Numbered from the stretch's first letter, positions 8,929 through 17,789 are shown. The stretch is DNA of 19,669 nucleotides from a bacterium (GCA_046757025.1 JBHHXN010000095.1:1-19669); one strand, 5' to 3'. The notes: generated from the letters alone by a model not told the origin. Numbers and translations are program-made.

Positions 8929-10683
8929 ATGAAATCTGGCGGTGCCTTTTTAATCAACCCGGTCTGTTCCGAAGAAATTTTCACACCGGAAAAATTCTCA
9001 CCCGAACAGCGGGAAATTGCAAAAACCGTGGAAGAATTTGCCAGTGAGCGGATTCTGCCAAACAAAAAAGAAATCGAAAAATACCATAAAGAGCTTTCTT
9101 TAGAGCTCTTGCGTGAGTGCGGTGAGCTCGGATTATTGAGCGTGGATATTCCAGAGAAATACGATGGGCTTGGATTGGACAAAGTCACCGCCGCCATCGT
9201 GGTTGAGAAATTGGGCTGGGGCCTTTGCGGCTCTTTTGCCACCACTTTTGGAGCGCATACGGGTATCGGAACGTTACCTATTGTCTTCTTCGGAACAGAC
9301 GCACAGAAGAAAAAATATCTTCCCAAAATAGGCTCAGCCGAATGGGTCTCGGCTTATGCTTTGACAGAGCCCGAAGCCGGCTCGGATGCGCTTTCCGGCA
9401 AAAGTACGGCCGTGCTGACAGAAGATGGCCAGTTTTACATCCTGAATGGCACCAAACAATTTATCACCAACGCCAGTTGGGCGGATGTGTTTATTACCTT
9501 TGCGAATGTGGATGGCCATAAATTCACCGGCTTTATCGTGGACCGCAACACGCCGGGCTTGTCAATCGGACCCGAAGAAAATAAGATGGGCATCAAAGGC
9601 TCTTCCACCGCTACGGTCTTTTTGGAAAATGCCAAAGTGCCGGCCGAAAATGTTCTCGGTCGTATCGGTCAGGGGGCGGCTATTGCCTTCAACTCGCTGA
9701 ATATTGGAAGATACAAACTGGGAGCCGGTACCTTAGGCGGCAGTAAAGTCGCTCTACAGGAGGCGCTGAATTATGCTTCCGAAAGAAAGCAATTCGGCCA
9801 GGCCATTCGCAATTTCGACGTCATCAAAGGTTATTTTGCGGACATGAGCCTCTACACCTTCGCGCTGGACAGCGTGATTTACCGTACGGTTGGACTGATC
9901 GACGAAGCGGTTTCCCAAATCCCGGAAGATTCTGCCGATTATCAAACGGAGGTAGCCGAGGCCATCGAACAGTTTGCCATCGAAGCCTCAATATGCAAAG
10001 TGCTCGGCAGCGAAATCCTGTGGATGGTGGCGGACAAAGGCGTACAAATTTACGGCGGCTACGGCTTTGTTGAAGACTATCCACTGGCATCGGTTTTACG
10101 AGATAATCGCATCGATCGCATATTTGAAGGCACCAATGAAATCAATCGGCAAATTATCAGCGGTTATTTTTTGCGCAAAGCGTTGATGGAAGTGCTGCCT
10201 ATTCGTGAAGCCATTAAAATCCTAACGAGTGGCGCCCAGCATGATCATCGTGAGCAGTCAAGCTCTGGTCTTTTATCGGAAGAAAAAAATGCCTTGCAGA
10301 ATGCCAAGTCGCTGGCGCTGTATGTTTTTAACGAAGCGATATGTAAATATGGCCAGGATTTGAAAAATGAGCAGCAAATCGGTTGCATGCTGAGTGATAT
10401 GTTCATGGGCATTTATCAAGTTGACAGCGTGTTATCTCGCATCCAGCAGGCCCATGGGCAGCCGCAATTCGAAAAAATCTGGATAGTCCTCGCCCGCGCT
10501 TTGTGCATGGAACAGTGTGCTCTAATTTCCAGTTCTGCGCAAAAGATTTTGTGTGCGGTGCTGGCTGGCCCAGCATTGGACAATTCGCTCAATGAGCTGG
10601 CGGTCTTTCAGAAAAAGCTGTTGATCAAAGATAATTTGTTTGCCCTGAAAAAGATGATCGCGGAAGACCTTTATCAAAAATGA
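8929..10683 (+). CDS. fadE: Acyl-CoA dehydrogenase (long FadE type)
   Basis: YALTEPEAGSDA, LNGTKQFITNA, KMGIKGSST, ERKQFG, QIYGGYGF and RIFEGTNEINR motifs; GAGG RBS. Confidence 0.95.
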   Translation: MKSGGAFLINPVCSEEIFTPEKFSPEQREIAKTVEEFASERILPNKKEIEKYHKELSLELLRECGELGLLSVDIPEKYDGLGLDKVTAAIVVEKLGWGLCGSFATTFGAHTGIGTLPIVFFGTDAQKKKYLPKIGSAEWVSAYALTEPEAGSDALSGKSTAVLTEDGQFYILNGTKQFITNASWADVFITFANVDGHKFTGFIVDRNTPGLSIGPEENKMGIKGSSTATVFLENAKVPAENVLGRIGQGAAIAFNSLNIGRYKLGAGTLGGSKVALQEALNYASERKQFGQAIRNFDVIKGYFADMSLYTFALDSVIYRTVGLIDEAVSQIPEDSADYQTEVAEAIEQFAIEASICKVLGSEILWMVADKGVQIYGGYGFVEDYPLASVLRDNRIDRIFEGTNEINRQIISGYFLRKALMEVLPIREAIKILTSGAQHDHREQSSSGLLSEEKNALQNAKSLALYVFNEAICKYGQDLKNEQQIGCMLSDMFMGIYQVDSVLSRIQQAHGQPQFEKIWIVLARALCMEQCALISSSAQKILCAVLAGPALDNSLNELAVFQKKLLIKDNLFALKKMIAEDLYQK

Positions 10684-10758
10684 AAAATTCATCATACTAA
10701 ATCATTCAAAATTATGAGATGTGCTTCCAGTTTAGCGGTACTTTAGCTTATTCAATTC

Positions 10759-11325
10759 ATGCATTTTTTCATGTCATCAAAACGCAACAAATTTGATAAA
10801 AAAGATTCGCTGGAATTGGGAGAGCAGGCTGAGCAGGTGTTTGTTAATATCGCGCGCAGCAAAGGCTGGCGGGTGCAGGCTGCCGAGTCGCGCAGCAACA
10901 TCGATGAGCACTGGGATTTCTGGCTTATCAAGGATGAAAAAAAATACCGGGTAGATGTGAAAGCCTGCAAACGAATCCGTCGGCAGGATTCACAGGTGCA
11001 AGACAAATGGGTATGGATTGAATTGCATGGGGTACGAGCAGGGGATAGGGGCTGGCTGTTCGACGGCAAAGCGGACCTGCTGGCATTTGAAACCCGCACG
11101 TCGTTTATTATTGTAAAAAGATCGGAATTGATCGATCTTGTGAACACGTTGTTACTAAAGACCGAGTGCGTAAAAAGTCCGGAAAATGCGCAATACAAAG
11201 TGTACACACGAAAAGGCCGGCCGGACCAATTGACGCTCATTGAAACTGCAAAACTCCAATCCATTCAATATGTGGAATGGCCGAAACCGAAAGACTCAAA
11301 GCATGAAATAAAAAATGGTTATTAA
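10759..11325 (+). CDS. PD-(D/E)XK-fold nuclease-like protein
   Basis: GEQAEQVF helix, HWDFWL, VDVKA and WIEL..GWL motifs. Start may be the ATG at 10771. Confidence 0.65.
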   Translation: MHFFMSSKRNKFDKKDSLELGEQAEQVFVNIARSKGWRVQAAESRSNIDEHWDFWLIKDEKKYRVDVKACKRIRRQDSQVQDKWVWIELHGVRAGDRGWLFDGKADLLAFETRTSFIIVKRSELIDLVNTLLLKTECVKSPENAQYKVYTRKGRPDQLTLIETAKLQSIQYVEWPKPKDSKHEIKNGY

Positions 11326-11352
11326 TAAAATTCTCATTCAAAGGAGTAGAAC

Positions 11353-12492
11353 ATGACAACTCAAGGTAGATTCACCGTCATTATTGACGCCGCGCGCAGC
11401 CCCATCGGGGTGAAAAACGGCAAACTGGTGGGCATTCGCGCCGACGATTTAGCCGCCCAGGTTGTAAAAGGTCTTTTGGAAAGAAATCCAAAATTTCCCA
11501 AAGAAAAAATTGAAGATGTGGTTTTGGGTTGCGCTTTTCCAGAAGCCACTCAGGGCATGCTGATTGCGAGAGGCGTTTCCATTTTGGCGGATATTCCAAA
11601 GGAAGCCGGCGCGAAAGTCGTGAACCGATTTTGCGGCTCCTCCATGGACGCGGTGCATCAGGTGGATAGGGCGATACTTGCTGGCGATATCGAAGCGGGT
11701 GTGGGCGGCGGCGTGGAGGACATGTTCGCCATTCCCATGGGCGGCTTTAATCCCAGCTTCCACCCAAAACTGGCCGAATTGCAATTTTACATGGGTATGG
11801 GAGAAACGGCGGAAAACCTGGCGAAAGATGGCAACATCAGTCGTGAAATGCAGGAGACCTTTGCCATGGACTCACACAAAAAAGCCCTGGATGCCTGGAA
11901 AAACGGGCGGTTTGATAACGAAATTATCGCCATCAAAAAGAACGGCGAGCTCATCGAAAAGGACGAAGGCCCACGCGAGCCGGATGTAGAAAAAATCAAA
12001 TCGCTGGCGCCGGCGTTTTTAAAAAACGGCACAGTTACGGCCGCTACCAGCAGTCCCTTTTCCATTGGCGCTGCAGCTGTACTGTTGACCAGCAGCGAGC
12101 TGGCCATGCAGCTCGATCTCAAGCCTCGAGCGCGCATAGTTGCCCGGGCGTTCGCGGGCGTCGATTGGACGCGTATGGGTATGGGGCCCATCCCCGCGAC
12201 GGAGAAAGCGCTGCAAAAAGCCGGCATGACCATCGATGATATCGATGTTATCGAGCTCAACGAAGCCTTTGCCGCGCAGTCGCTTTACGTTATTGAAAAG
12301 GCCGGCTGGCCCATGGACAAAGTCAATCTCAACGGCGGCGCCATCGCTTTGGGGCATCCGCTTGGTTGCTCAGGCGCACGCATTTTAGCCACCCTGCTGA
12401 ATGTCATGGAGCAGAAAAAAGCCAAATTCGGGCTGGCCACCATGTGCATCGGCGGCGGACAGGGCATCTCAACCATCATCGAAAGAATGTAG
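11353..12492 (+). CDS. fadA: Acetyl-CoA C-acyltransferase (thiolase)
   Basis: NRFCGSS, ELNEAFAAQ, GGAIALGHPLGCSGAR and CIGGGQG motifs; AAGGAG RBS. Confidence 0.96.
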   Translation: MTTQGRFTVIIDAARSPIGVKNGKLVGIRADDLAAQVVKGLLERNPKFPKEKIEDVVLGCAFPEATQGMLIARGVSILADIPKEAGAKVVNRFCGSSMDAVHQVDRAILAGDIEAGVGGGVEDMFAIPMGGFNPSFHPKLAELQFYMGMGETAENLAKDGNISREMQETFAMDSHKKALDAWKNGRFDNEIIAIKKNGELIEKDEGPREPDVEKIKSLAPAFLKNGTVTAATSSPFSIGAAAVLLTSSELAMQLDLKPRARIVARAFAGVDWTRMGMGPIPATEKALQKAGMTIDDIDVIELNEAFAAQSLYVIEKAGWPMDKVNLNGGAIALGHPLGCSGARILATLLNVMEQKKAKFGLATMCIGGGQGISTIIERM

Positions 12493-12502
12493 GGGGGAAG
12501 CC

Positions 12503-14848
12503 ATGAAAACGAAAATAGAAAAAGTCGCCGTGCTCGGCGCCGGTGTCATGGGTGCACAGCTAGCGGCCCATTTATCCAATGCCGGCATCCCATCCTATCT
12601 GTTCGACATCTCTCAGGAAATTTCTGAGAAAGGGCTGCAAGCGTCTCTGAGTATAAAACCGTCGCCTTATTACAATCCACGAACGGCCAGTCTGATCACG
12701 CCCTGCAACTATGACGACCACCTTGAAAAACTCAAAGAGGTCGATTGGGTGCTGGAAGCCATCATCGAGCGTCTGGATATCAAACAGACTCTGTTTCAGC
12801 GGATTCATCCACAATTGCAAAAGAATGCAGTGGTTTCATCCAACACCTCGGGTCTGGCCATAGAAAAAATGATGGCAAACATGCCGATGGATTTTCAAGA
12901 ACGGTTTTTGGTTACACACTTCTTCAACCCCCCACGCTACATGCGGTTGCTGGAAATTGTTGCAGGCAAAAAAACCAGACCAGAATTCGTGGATGCTTTG
13001 ACTGGATTTTGCGAAGCCGTGCTCGGCAAAGGAATTGTTTTTGCCAAAGACACGCCCAATTTTATCGCCAACCGAATCGGTACGTTTGGTATGATGCTGA
13101 CCATGAAGCTGACCAAAGAGATGAAGCTGACGGTGGAAGAAGTGGACAAAATCACCGGTACCCTGGTGGGCCGGCCCAAAAGTGCGTCGTTCAGAACCGC
13201 TGATGTGGTGGGGTTGGATACCCTGGCGCATGTTGCGCAGAACACCTATGAATTCTGTCAGGACGATGAATCTCGGGAAATATTTAAAGCACCAGAATTT
13301 TTGCGGAAAATGCTCGACAACCAGTGGCTGGGGGCGAAAACGAAAAAAGGCTTTTATCAGAAAGTCGGTAAAGAGATACTCTCACTCGATCTTGACACTT
13401 TTGAATTTACGCCCCAAAAGCCTGTGCGATTTGACGGCTACCGCGTGGCGAAAAGCTATTCCCATACCGCAGACCGCATCAAGGCGCTGGCTTTCAGCGA
13501 TGACGCCGCCGGTAAATTTTTCTGGGAGCTGCTGGCCGGCACACTGAACTACACCGCCAACCGGCTGCCTGAAATCGCCGACGATGTGGTAAGCGTGGAT
13601 AACGCCATGAAATGGGGCTTCGGCTGGGAGCTGGGGCCGTTCGAAACCTGGGACGCCATCGGGGTGGAAAAATCCGTCAAGCGCATGCAAAGAGAAAATA
13701 AAAAAGTGCCAGCGTGGGTGACGAAGATGCTAGAATCGGGCCATTCCACTTTTTATGGATACTCAAACGGACGCATCACTTATTTCGATTTCATCAAATC
13801 GGAACGTCAAACTCTGGAACAAAAACCAAAAGAGATTAATTTGCTTCTGGAAAAGCAAAAAGGTAAAGAGCTGAAAAAGAACTGGTGCGCCAGTCTGATC
13901 GACATTGGCGACGGCGTGGCTTGTTTGGAGTTTCACAGCGTGCTGCAAGCGGTTATGAATCCCATCGACGCATCCATCATCGACATGATGCAGGCTGCTC
14001 TGGAAGTGGTGCCAAAGCATGGCTTGAAAGGACTGGTGATTGGTCATCAGGGACCGAATTTTTCAGCCGGCGCCAATCTGGCACTGATTCTGCAATTGTG
14101 TGAAAGTAAAAAGTGGGATAAAGTTGAAGCCATCAGCAAATCGTTTCAGGATGTGAGCCAGAATTTGCGGTTCTCTGATTTTCCCGTGGTTTCGGCGCCG
14201 TTCAATTTGTGTCTGGGCGGCGGTTACGAAGCGGCCGCTTCTTCCAATCGCATGGTCGCTTCGGCGGAATTGTACTGCGGTCTGGTGGAAGTGGGTGTGG
14301 GACTCATTCCCGGGGCCGGCGGGAATTTGCGCGTGCTGTCAAACCATTTAAAAGCGCTAGAGAAAGCGCGAACCGGTCCGTTCCCCGTCGTGCAAAAAGC
14401 GTTTGAAGCCATCGGCTTCGCGAAAGTTTCATCCTCGGCTAAAGAGGCGGTGAAAATCGGTTACCTCACCCGCGACGATAAGATCGTCATCAATTCGCAG
14501 CAGCTTTTGTTTGAAGCGAAAAAAGCCGTTTTAGAGCTGAGCGAGGATTTTAAGCCACCGCAGCCGCGGGAGGACATTTTGCTGCCCGGCGAGGGTGGTA
14601 GAATCGCTATCGAAGCGACGTTAAACGATCTGGTGAAGGCCGGTAAAATTTCCGAACATGATCGGCTCATCGGCAGCAAGCTGGCAAACGTGCTGACCGG
14701 CGGCGCCAAAGCCTCGCCCACCCATCCCGTTACTGAACAGGATATTCTGGACCTGGAGCGGGAGGCTTTTGTGAGTTTATGCGGTGAAAAGTTGTCACAG
14801 GAGCGCATGAAATACATGTTGAAGAAAGGAAAGCCGCTGCGCAATTGA
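12503..14848 (+). CDS. fadN: 3-hydroxyacyl-CoA dehydrogenase / enoyl-CoA hydratase (FadN type)
   Basis: GAGVMG, SSNTSG, HFFNPPRYM, DTPNFIANRIG and a C-terminal crotonase domain (NFSAGANL, LGGGYE, GLVEVGVGLIP). True start ATG 12503 after GGGGGAAG, not 12401. Confidence 0.93.
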   Translation: MKTKIEKVAVLGAGVMGAQLAAHLSNAGIPSYLFDISQEISEKGLQASLSIKPSPYYNPRTASLITPCNYDDHLEKLKEVDWVLEAIIERLDIKQTLFQRIHPQLQKNAVVSSNTSGLAIEKMMANMPMDFQERFLVTHFFNPPRYMRLLEIVAGKKTRPEFVDALTGFCEAVLGKGIVFAKDTPNFIANRIGTFGMMLTMKLTKEMKLTVEEVDKITGTLVGRPKSASFRTADVVGLDTLAHVAQNTYEFCQDDESREIFKAPEFLRKMLDNQWLGAKTKKGFYQKVGKEILSLDLDTFEFTPQKPVRFDGYRVAKSYSHTADRIKALAFSDDAAGKFFWELLAGTLNYTANRLPEIADDVVSVDNAMKWGFGWELGPFETWDAIGVEKSVKRMQRENKKVPAWVTKMLESGHSTFYGYSNGRITYFDFIKSERQTLEQKPKEINLLLEKQKGKELKKNWCASLIDIGDGVACLEFHSVLQAVMNPIDASIIDMMQAALEVVPKHGLKGLVIGHQGPNFSAGANLALILQLCESKKWDKVEAISKSFQDVSQNLRFSDFPVVSAPFNLCLGGGYEAAASSNRMVASAELYCGLVEVGVGLIPGAGGNLRVLSNHLKALEKARTGPFPVVQKAFEAIGFAKVSSSAKEAVKIGYLTRDDKIVINSQQLLFEAKKAVLELSEDFKPPQPREDILLPGEGGRIAIEATLNDLVKAGKISEHDRLIGSKLANVLTGGAKASPTHPVTEQDILDLEREAFVSLCGEKLSQERMKYMLKKGKPLRN

Positions 14849-14967
14849 TTTGCCGAATAAAAAATCTACTTTCGATGCTGTTTCAAATCAACCTCGGTGA
14901 AATTATCATTTAGCAGAAATTTTGTTAAAAAATTAAAATATGTGCTAATTTGGTAGAATCGAAACGT

Positions 14968-15190
14968 GTCATTCTGAGGGAGCTAGCGACCGAAGAATCT
15001 TTTCCTACGGAGTCAATTTGTTCAGAGAACGAACCCTGTGCACGAATTCACCACTTTTGCACTTTCCCAATTGGGTTGTGTGAGATTCTTCGTCGTGGAA
15101 TTTATCCCTTCGCGTTGCTCGGGCAGGCCCTGAGCCTGTCGAAGGACTCCTGAGAATGATAAAAAACGCGGTTTTCGGAAAGACACTAAT
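14968..15190. repeat. Composite REP-like palindromic element
   Basis: GTCATTCTGAGGGAG..CGACCGAAGAATCT (14968-15000) pairs with AGATTCTTCGTCG...CTCCTGAGAATGAT (15083-15160). A CCTTCG..CCTGAGCCTGTCGAAGG unit is nested inside. It ends in TTTCGGAAAGACACTA, resembling the right TIR of copies A/B. Confidence 0.65.
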
Positions 15191-15373
15191 TATTGAAAAT
15201 AGGCTGGATCATATTTTGTGCAAAAGTTGAAACGGAGTTTGCGAAAAACAGAAATCGAAACTTGAAAAATCAGAGGAATTCCCGATTTACGTTTTGCGAA
15301 TTTCGATTTTCTGCTGCGATTCCAGCAGGCTTCGAATAATACAGGTTAAGGGGTTATTAAAAAAGGTGGATGG

Positions 15374-16621
15374 ATGAATGTACTCGTCTTAAACTGCGGC
15401 TCCTCGTCGGTTAAATTTCAAATCATCGAAACCGACCTGGAGTTGATTCAAAAAGATCAGGATCGCTGTCTGGCAAAGGGCGTACTGGAGCGCATTGGCA
15501 GCCACGCCTTGATTACTCTGCAGGCGGAAGGGCAGCCAAAGCAAAAAAAGGATGCCGCTATCCGCGATCACCGCGCGGCCATCGATTTGATTCTGCGCTG
15601 GATCATTTCGCTGGAATCAAAAATTGACCGCATCAATTCGCTGTCGGATATTCACGCCATCGGACACCGGGTGGTGCACGGTGGGGAAAAATTCAAAGTG
15701 TCAGTAAAAATCGACGACAGCGTCATAGCCGGCATCGAAGATTGCATCGAGCTGGCGCCGTTGCACAATCCTTCCAATATCAAGGGCATCCGCGCGGCCA
15801 GAGAGTTGTTGGGTGTGAATGTGCCACAGGTAGCGGTCTTCGACACCGCCTTTCATTCCACCATGCCAGCGACTTCTTTTATTTATGGAATTCCGTACCA
15901 GTTTTATCGACGTTATAAAATCCGTAGGTACGGTTTTCACGGCACCTCCCACCGCTACATTTCTTATCGCTACCGACAGCTTCACAATCTGAAGCTGCAG
16001 GACGTGAGCATCATTTCCCTGCACCTGGGCGGCGGCTGCTCAGCTTGCGCCATCAAAAACGGCGAGTCGTTCGATACTTCCATGGGCTTCACGCCGCTGG
16101 AAGGATTGCTCATGGGTACCCGCTCCGGCGACGTGGATGTGTCCATTTTTGAATATCTCTACCACAAAGAGGGCATGACCTTTTCCGAGATCGACAACAT
16201 TCTGAACAAGCGTTCAGGCTTACTGGGCATCTCGGGCCTTACCGACGATATGCGCGAGCTGCTGGAAGAAGAAGCGGACAATCAGGACCGCCGGGCACGC
16301 CTGGCCATCGATATTTTTTGTAAGCGGGTGAAAAAATACATTGGCGCCTATTTTGCGGAGATGAATGGGGCCGAGGCCGTGGTGTTTACCGGCGGCATCG
16401 GTGAAAACTCCCCAATTATCCGTGAGCGCATTTGTGCGGGCTTGGAAAGTATCGGCTTGATATTAGATACCGAGGAAAATAATCGTATGCATTCGGGCAA
16501 AATTGGCCGGATATCTGAATCTAAAAGTAAATTACACGCTTTTGTCATTCCCACCAACGAAGAGCTGCTCATCGCGCGTGACACCATTCGCGTCATCGAA
16601 AACGCGCCGCGCAGGTGGTGA
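15374..16621 (+). CDS. ackA: Acetate kinase
   Basis: VLNCGSSSVK, GHRVVHGG, LAPLHNP, FDTAFH, YGFHGTSH, MGFTPLEGL.MGTRSGD, FTGGIGEN and PTNEE motifs. Confidence 0.97.
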   Translation: MNVLVLNCGSSSVKFQIIETDLELIQKDQDRCLAKGVLERIGSHALITLQAEGQPKQKKDAAIRDHRAAIDLILRWIISLESKIDRINSLSDIHAIGHRVVHGGEKFKVSVKIDDSVIAGIEDCIELAPLHNPSNIKGIRAARELLGVNVPQVAVFDTAFHSTMPATSFIYGIPYQFYRRYKIRRYGFHGTSHRYISYRYRQLHNLKLQDVSIISLHLGGGCSACAIKNGESFDTSMGFTPLEGLLMGTRSGDVDVSIFEYLYHKEGMTFSEIDNILNKRSGLLGISGLTDDMRELLEEEADNQDRRARLAIDIFCKRVKKYIGAYFAEMNGAEAVVFTGGIGENSPIIRERICAGLESIGLILDTEENNRMHSGKIGRISESKSKLHAFVIPTNEELLIARDTIRVIENAPRRW

Positions 16622-16687
16622 TGGCTGGATGGATTGAATGAAGCATAGCAGGTGGTAGGTGGTAATTTTTTTATCGTATTCAATGTA

Positions 16688-16832
16688 TGACTCTGTTGAT
16701 TAAGTCCATTTTTCCATCAAACTTCATGCTGAGCGGAGTCGAAACATGAATAAAAAACAACAGGTTACGGCCTTTCCCAAATTCACTTCGGGACTCAGCC
16801 TGCAGGTTTCTTCGACTTAATCAACAGAGTCA
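16688..16832. mobile_element. 145-bp MITE with perfect TIRs and 4-bp target duplication
   Basis: TGACTCTGTTGATTAAGTC (16688-16706) and GACTTAATCAACAGAGTCA (16814-16832), 19/19. TGTA directly repeated on both flanks (16684-16687, 16833-16836). Confidence 0.85.
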
Positions 16833-16923
16833 TGTATTGGTTCCCAGTAATTGTGAGCAACGGGCAGCTCAATTTTATTTACTCTAAATTTTAACCCTGA
16901 TAGGGTACGGAGTTCTGGCAGTG

Positions 16924-17049
16924 TTATGCTTTGTTTGCCTCGACAATCCGTATCTCATCTTCAGTAAGGCTGTAGAGTTGATAGACCATCTGGTCGATCT
17001 CACGCTCCAGCGCCTGAACGTTTGCCTGTTTTTGTGGGTTTTTGTTTAT
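16924..17049 (-). pseudogene. Orphan C-terminal tail resembling a type IIG (Eco57I-like) restriction-modification enzyme, copy 1
   Basis: Translates INKNPQKQANVQALEREIDQMVYQLYSLTEDEIRIVEANKA*; preceded in frame by a stop. Confidence 0.7.
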
Positions 17050-17323
17050 TCAGGTGAACCCTCTTGAACTCCAGGCTTCTTGCGCCGAAATTTATCAGCA
17101 GTCCGATTTCTATACCGTATGCTTCCAGGTAATTCATTGCCTGTGCCAAATGAACATCTTCAAGCTTAATGAGCGCCTTCAATTCCACCATGACCAAATC
17201 TTCCACGAAAAAGTCCACGCGACGGGGGCCGATATTCTGGTCTCGATAATAAATCGGCATTTCCTATTCGCGTTGGAAGGATAAGCCTTCGAGATTCATT
17301 TCAATGGCCAGGGCGCGCTGGTA

Positions 17324-17606
17324 TTCAGCCTGTGAAATAGTTTTTCTTTCTGTTTCGTATATATCTTTTTCCATAAGTACTTTTCAAATATTTTTCTCTA
17401 TGTGTGGCATCCTGTTGATTAACACATCCTTCAAAGTAAATTAATTTCACCGGTCTCCTATTAACTGTAGATTTTACTTTGCCGGACATATGTTCTTCCA
17501 ATCTCTTTCGTAGGTTCTTACAATATCCGGTATACCAATAACCGCCACTGCACTCAAGAACATATATGTAGTAAAGGTTTTACATGGTTTTATTTCACAG
17601 GCTGAA
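17324..17606 (-). mobile_element. 283-bp TIR-bounded element encoding only a GIY-YIG nuclease
   Basis: Perfect 16-bp inverted repeats TTCAGCCTGTGAAATA (17324-17339) and TATTTCACAGGCTGAA (17591-17606), exactly at the two breakpoints of the GxxExxY gene. Confidence 0.88.
17325..17585 (-). pseudogene. Small stand-alone GIY-YIG nuclease with a nonsense codon at position 2
   Basis: M*NLYYIYVLECSGGYWYTGYCKNLRKRLEEHMSGKVKSTVNRRPVKLIYFEGCVNQQDATHREKYLKSTYGKRYIRNRKKNYFTG*. YIY..YTG, R..EH and A..RE..LK motifs present. Confidence 0.88.
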
Positions 17607-17691
17607 CCTCCTGAAAACCATTGCCCAGGGTGGAATGCACCCGTATGGCGCACCCGATGATGCGACGAGTCAAGTCACCGTGCAAAAAACC

Positions 17692-17789
17692 GTCTGAACC
17701 TTGATTTTCTTGATGACTCGATTTACCTGATTTCTTTGGATTTTCATTCATCATGTTCATCCTCAAATCCCCATAATCACGGTTCAGAC
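17692..17789. repeat. Palindromic leader of the GxxExxY gene with 9-nt periodic GATT/AATC units
   Basis: GTCTGAACCTTGATT (17692-17706) and AATCACGGTTCAGAC (17775-17789), 14/15 match; internal (A)ATC recurring about every 9 nt. Confidence 0.75.

Larger units (their letters stand above)
17000..17754 (-). pseudogene. GxxExxY protein (PD-(D/E)XK family), interrupted by an insertion and an in-frame TAG
   Basis: 5' part: MMNENPKKSGKSSHQENQGSDGFLHGDLTRRIIGCAIRVHSTLGNGFQEV (17754-17605). 3' part: YQRALAIEMNLEGLSFQRE*EMPIYY..RRVDFFVE..VELKA..AQAMNYLEAY..GLLINFG (17323-17000). TAG at 17264-17266. Confidence 0.9.

Noticed and set aside
10675..10746. Possible TGA readthrough (selenocysteine) or frameshift at the fadE end
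   Set aside because: The protein is near full length, no SECIS-like hairpin is evident, and alternative endings cannot be judged without alignment.
12401..12502. 34-aa N-terminal extension of FadN in the ORF track
   Set aside because: It overlaps the thiolase gene; the ATG at 12503 has its own RBS and starts the Rossmann fold.
15249..15313. CAGAAATCGAAA ... TTTCGATTTTCTG inverted pair upstream of ackA
   Set aside because: Short, imperfect and single-copy; no function can be assigned.
6448..16683. Numerous antisense or alternate-frame ORFs within icd, fadE, fadA, fadN and ackA
   Set aside because: Shadow ORFs of well-supported genes with no independent evidence.
17000..17260. 86-aa ORF as a stand-alone gene
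   Set aside because: It is only the part of the GxxExxY gene after the internal TAG.
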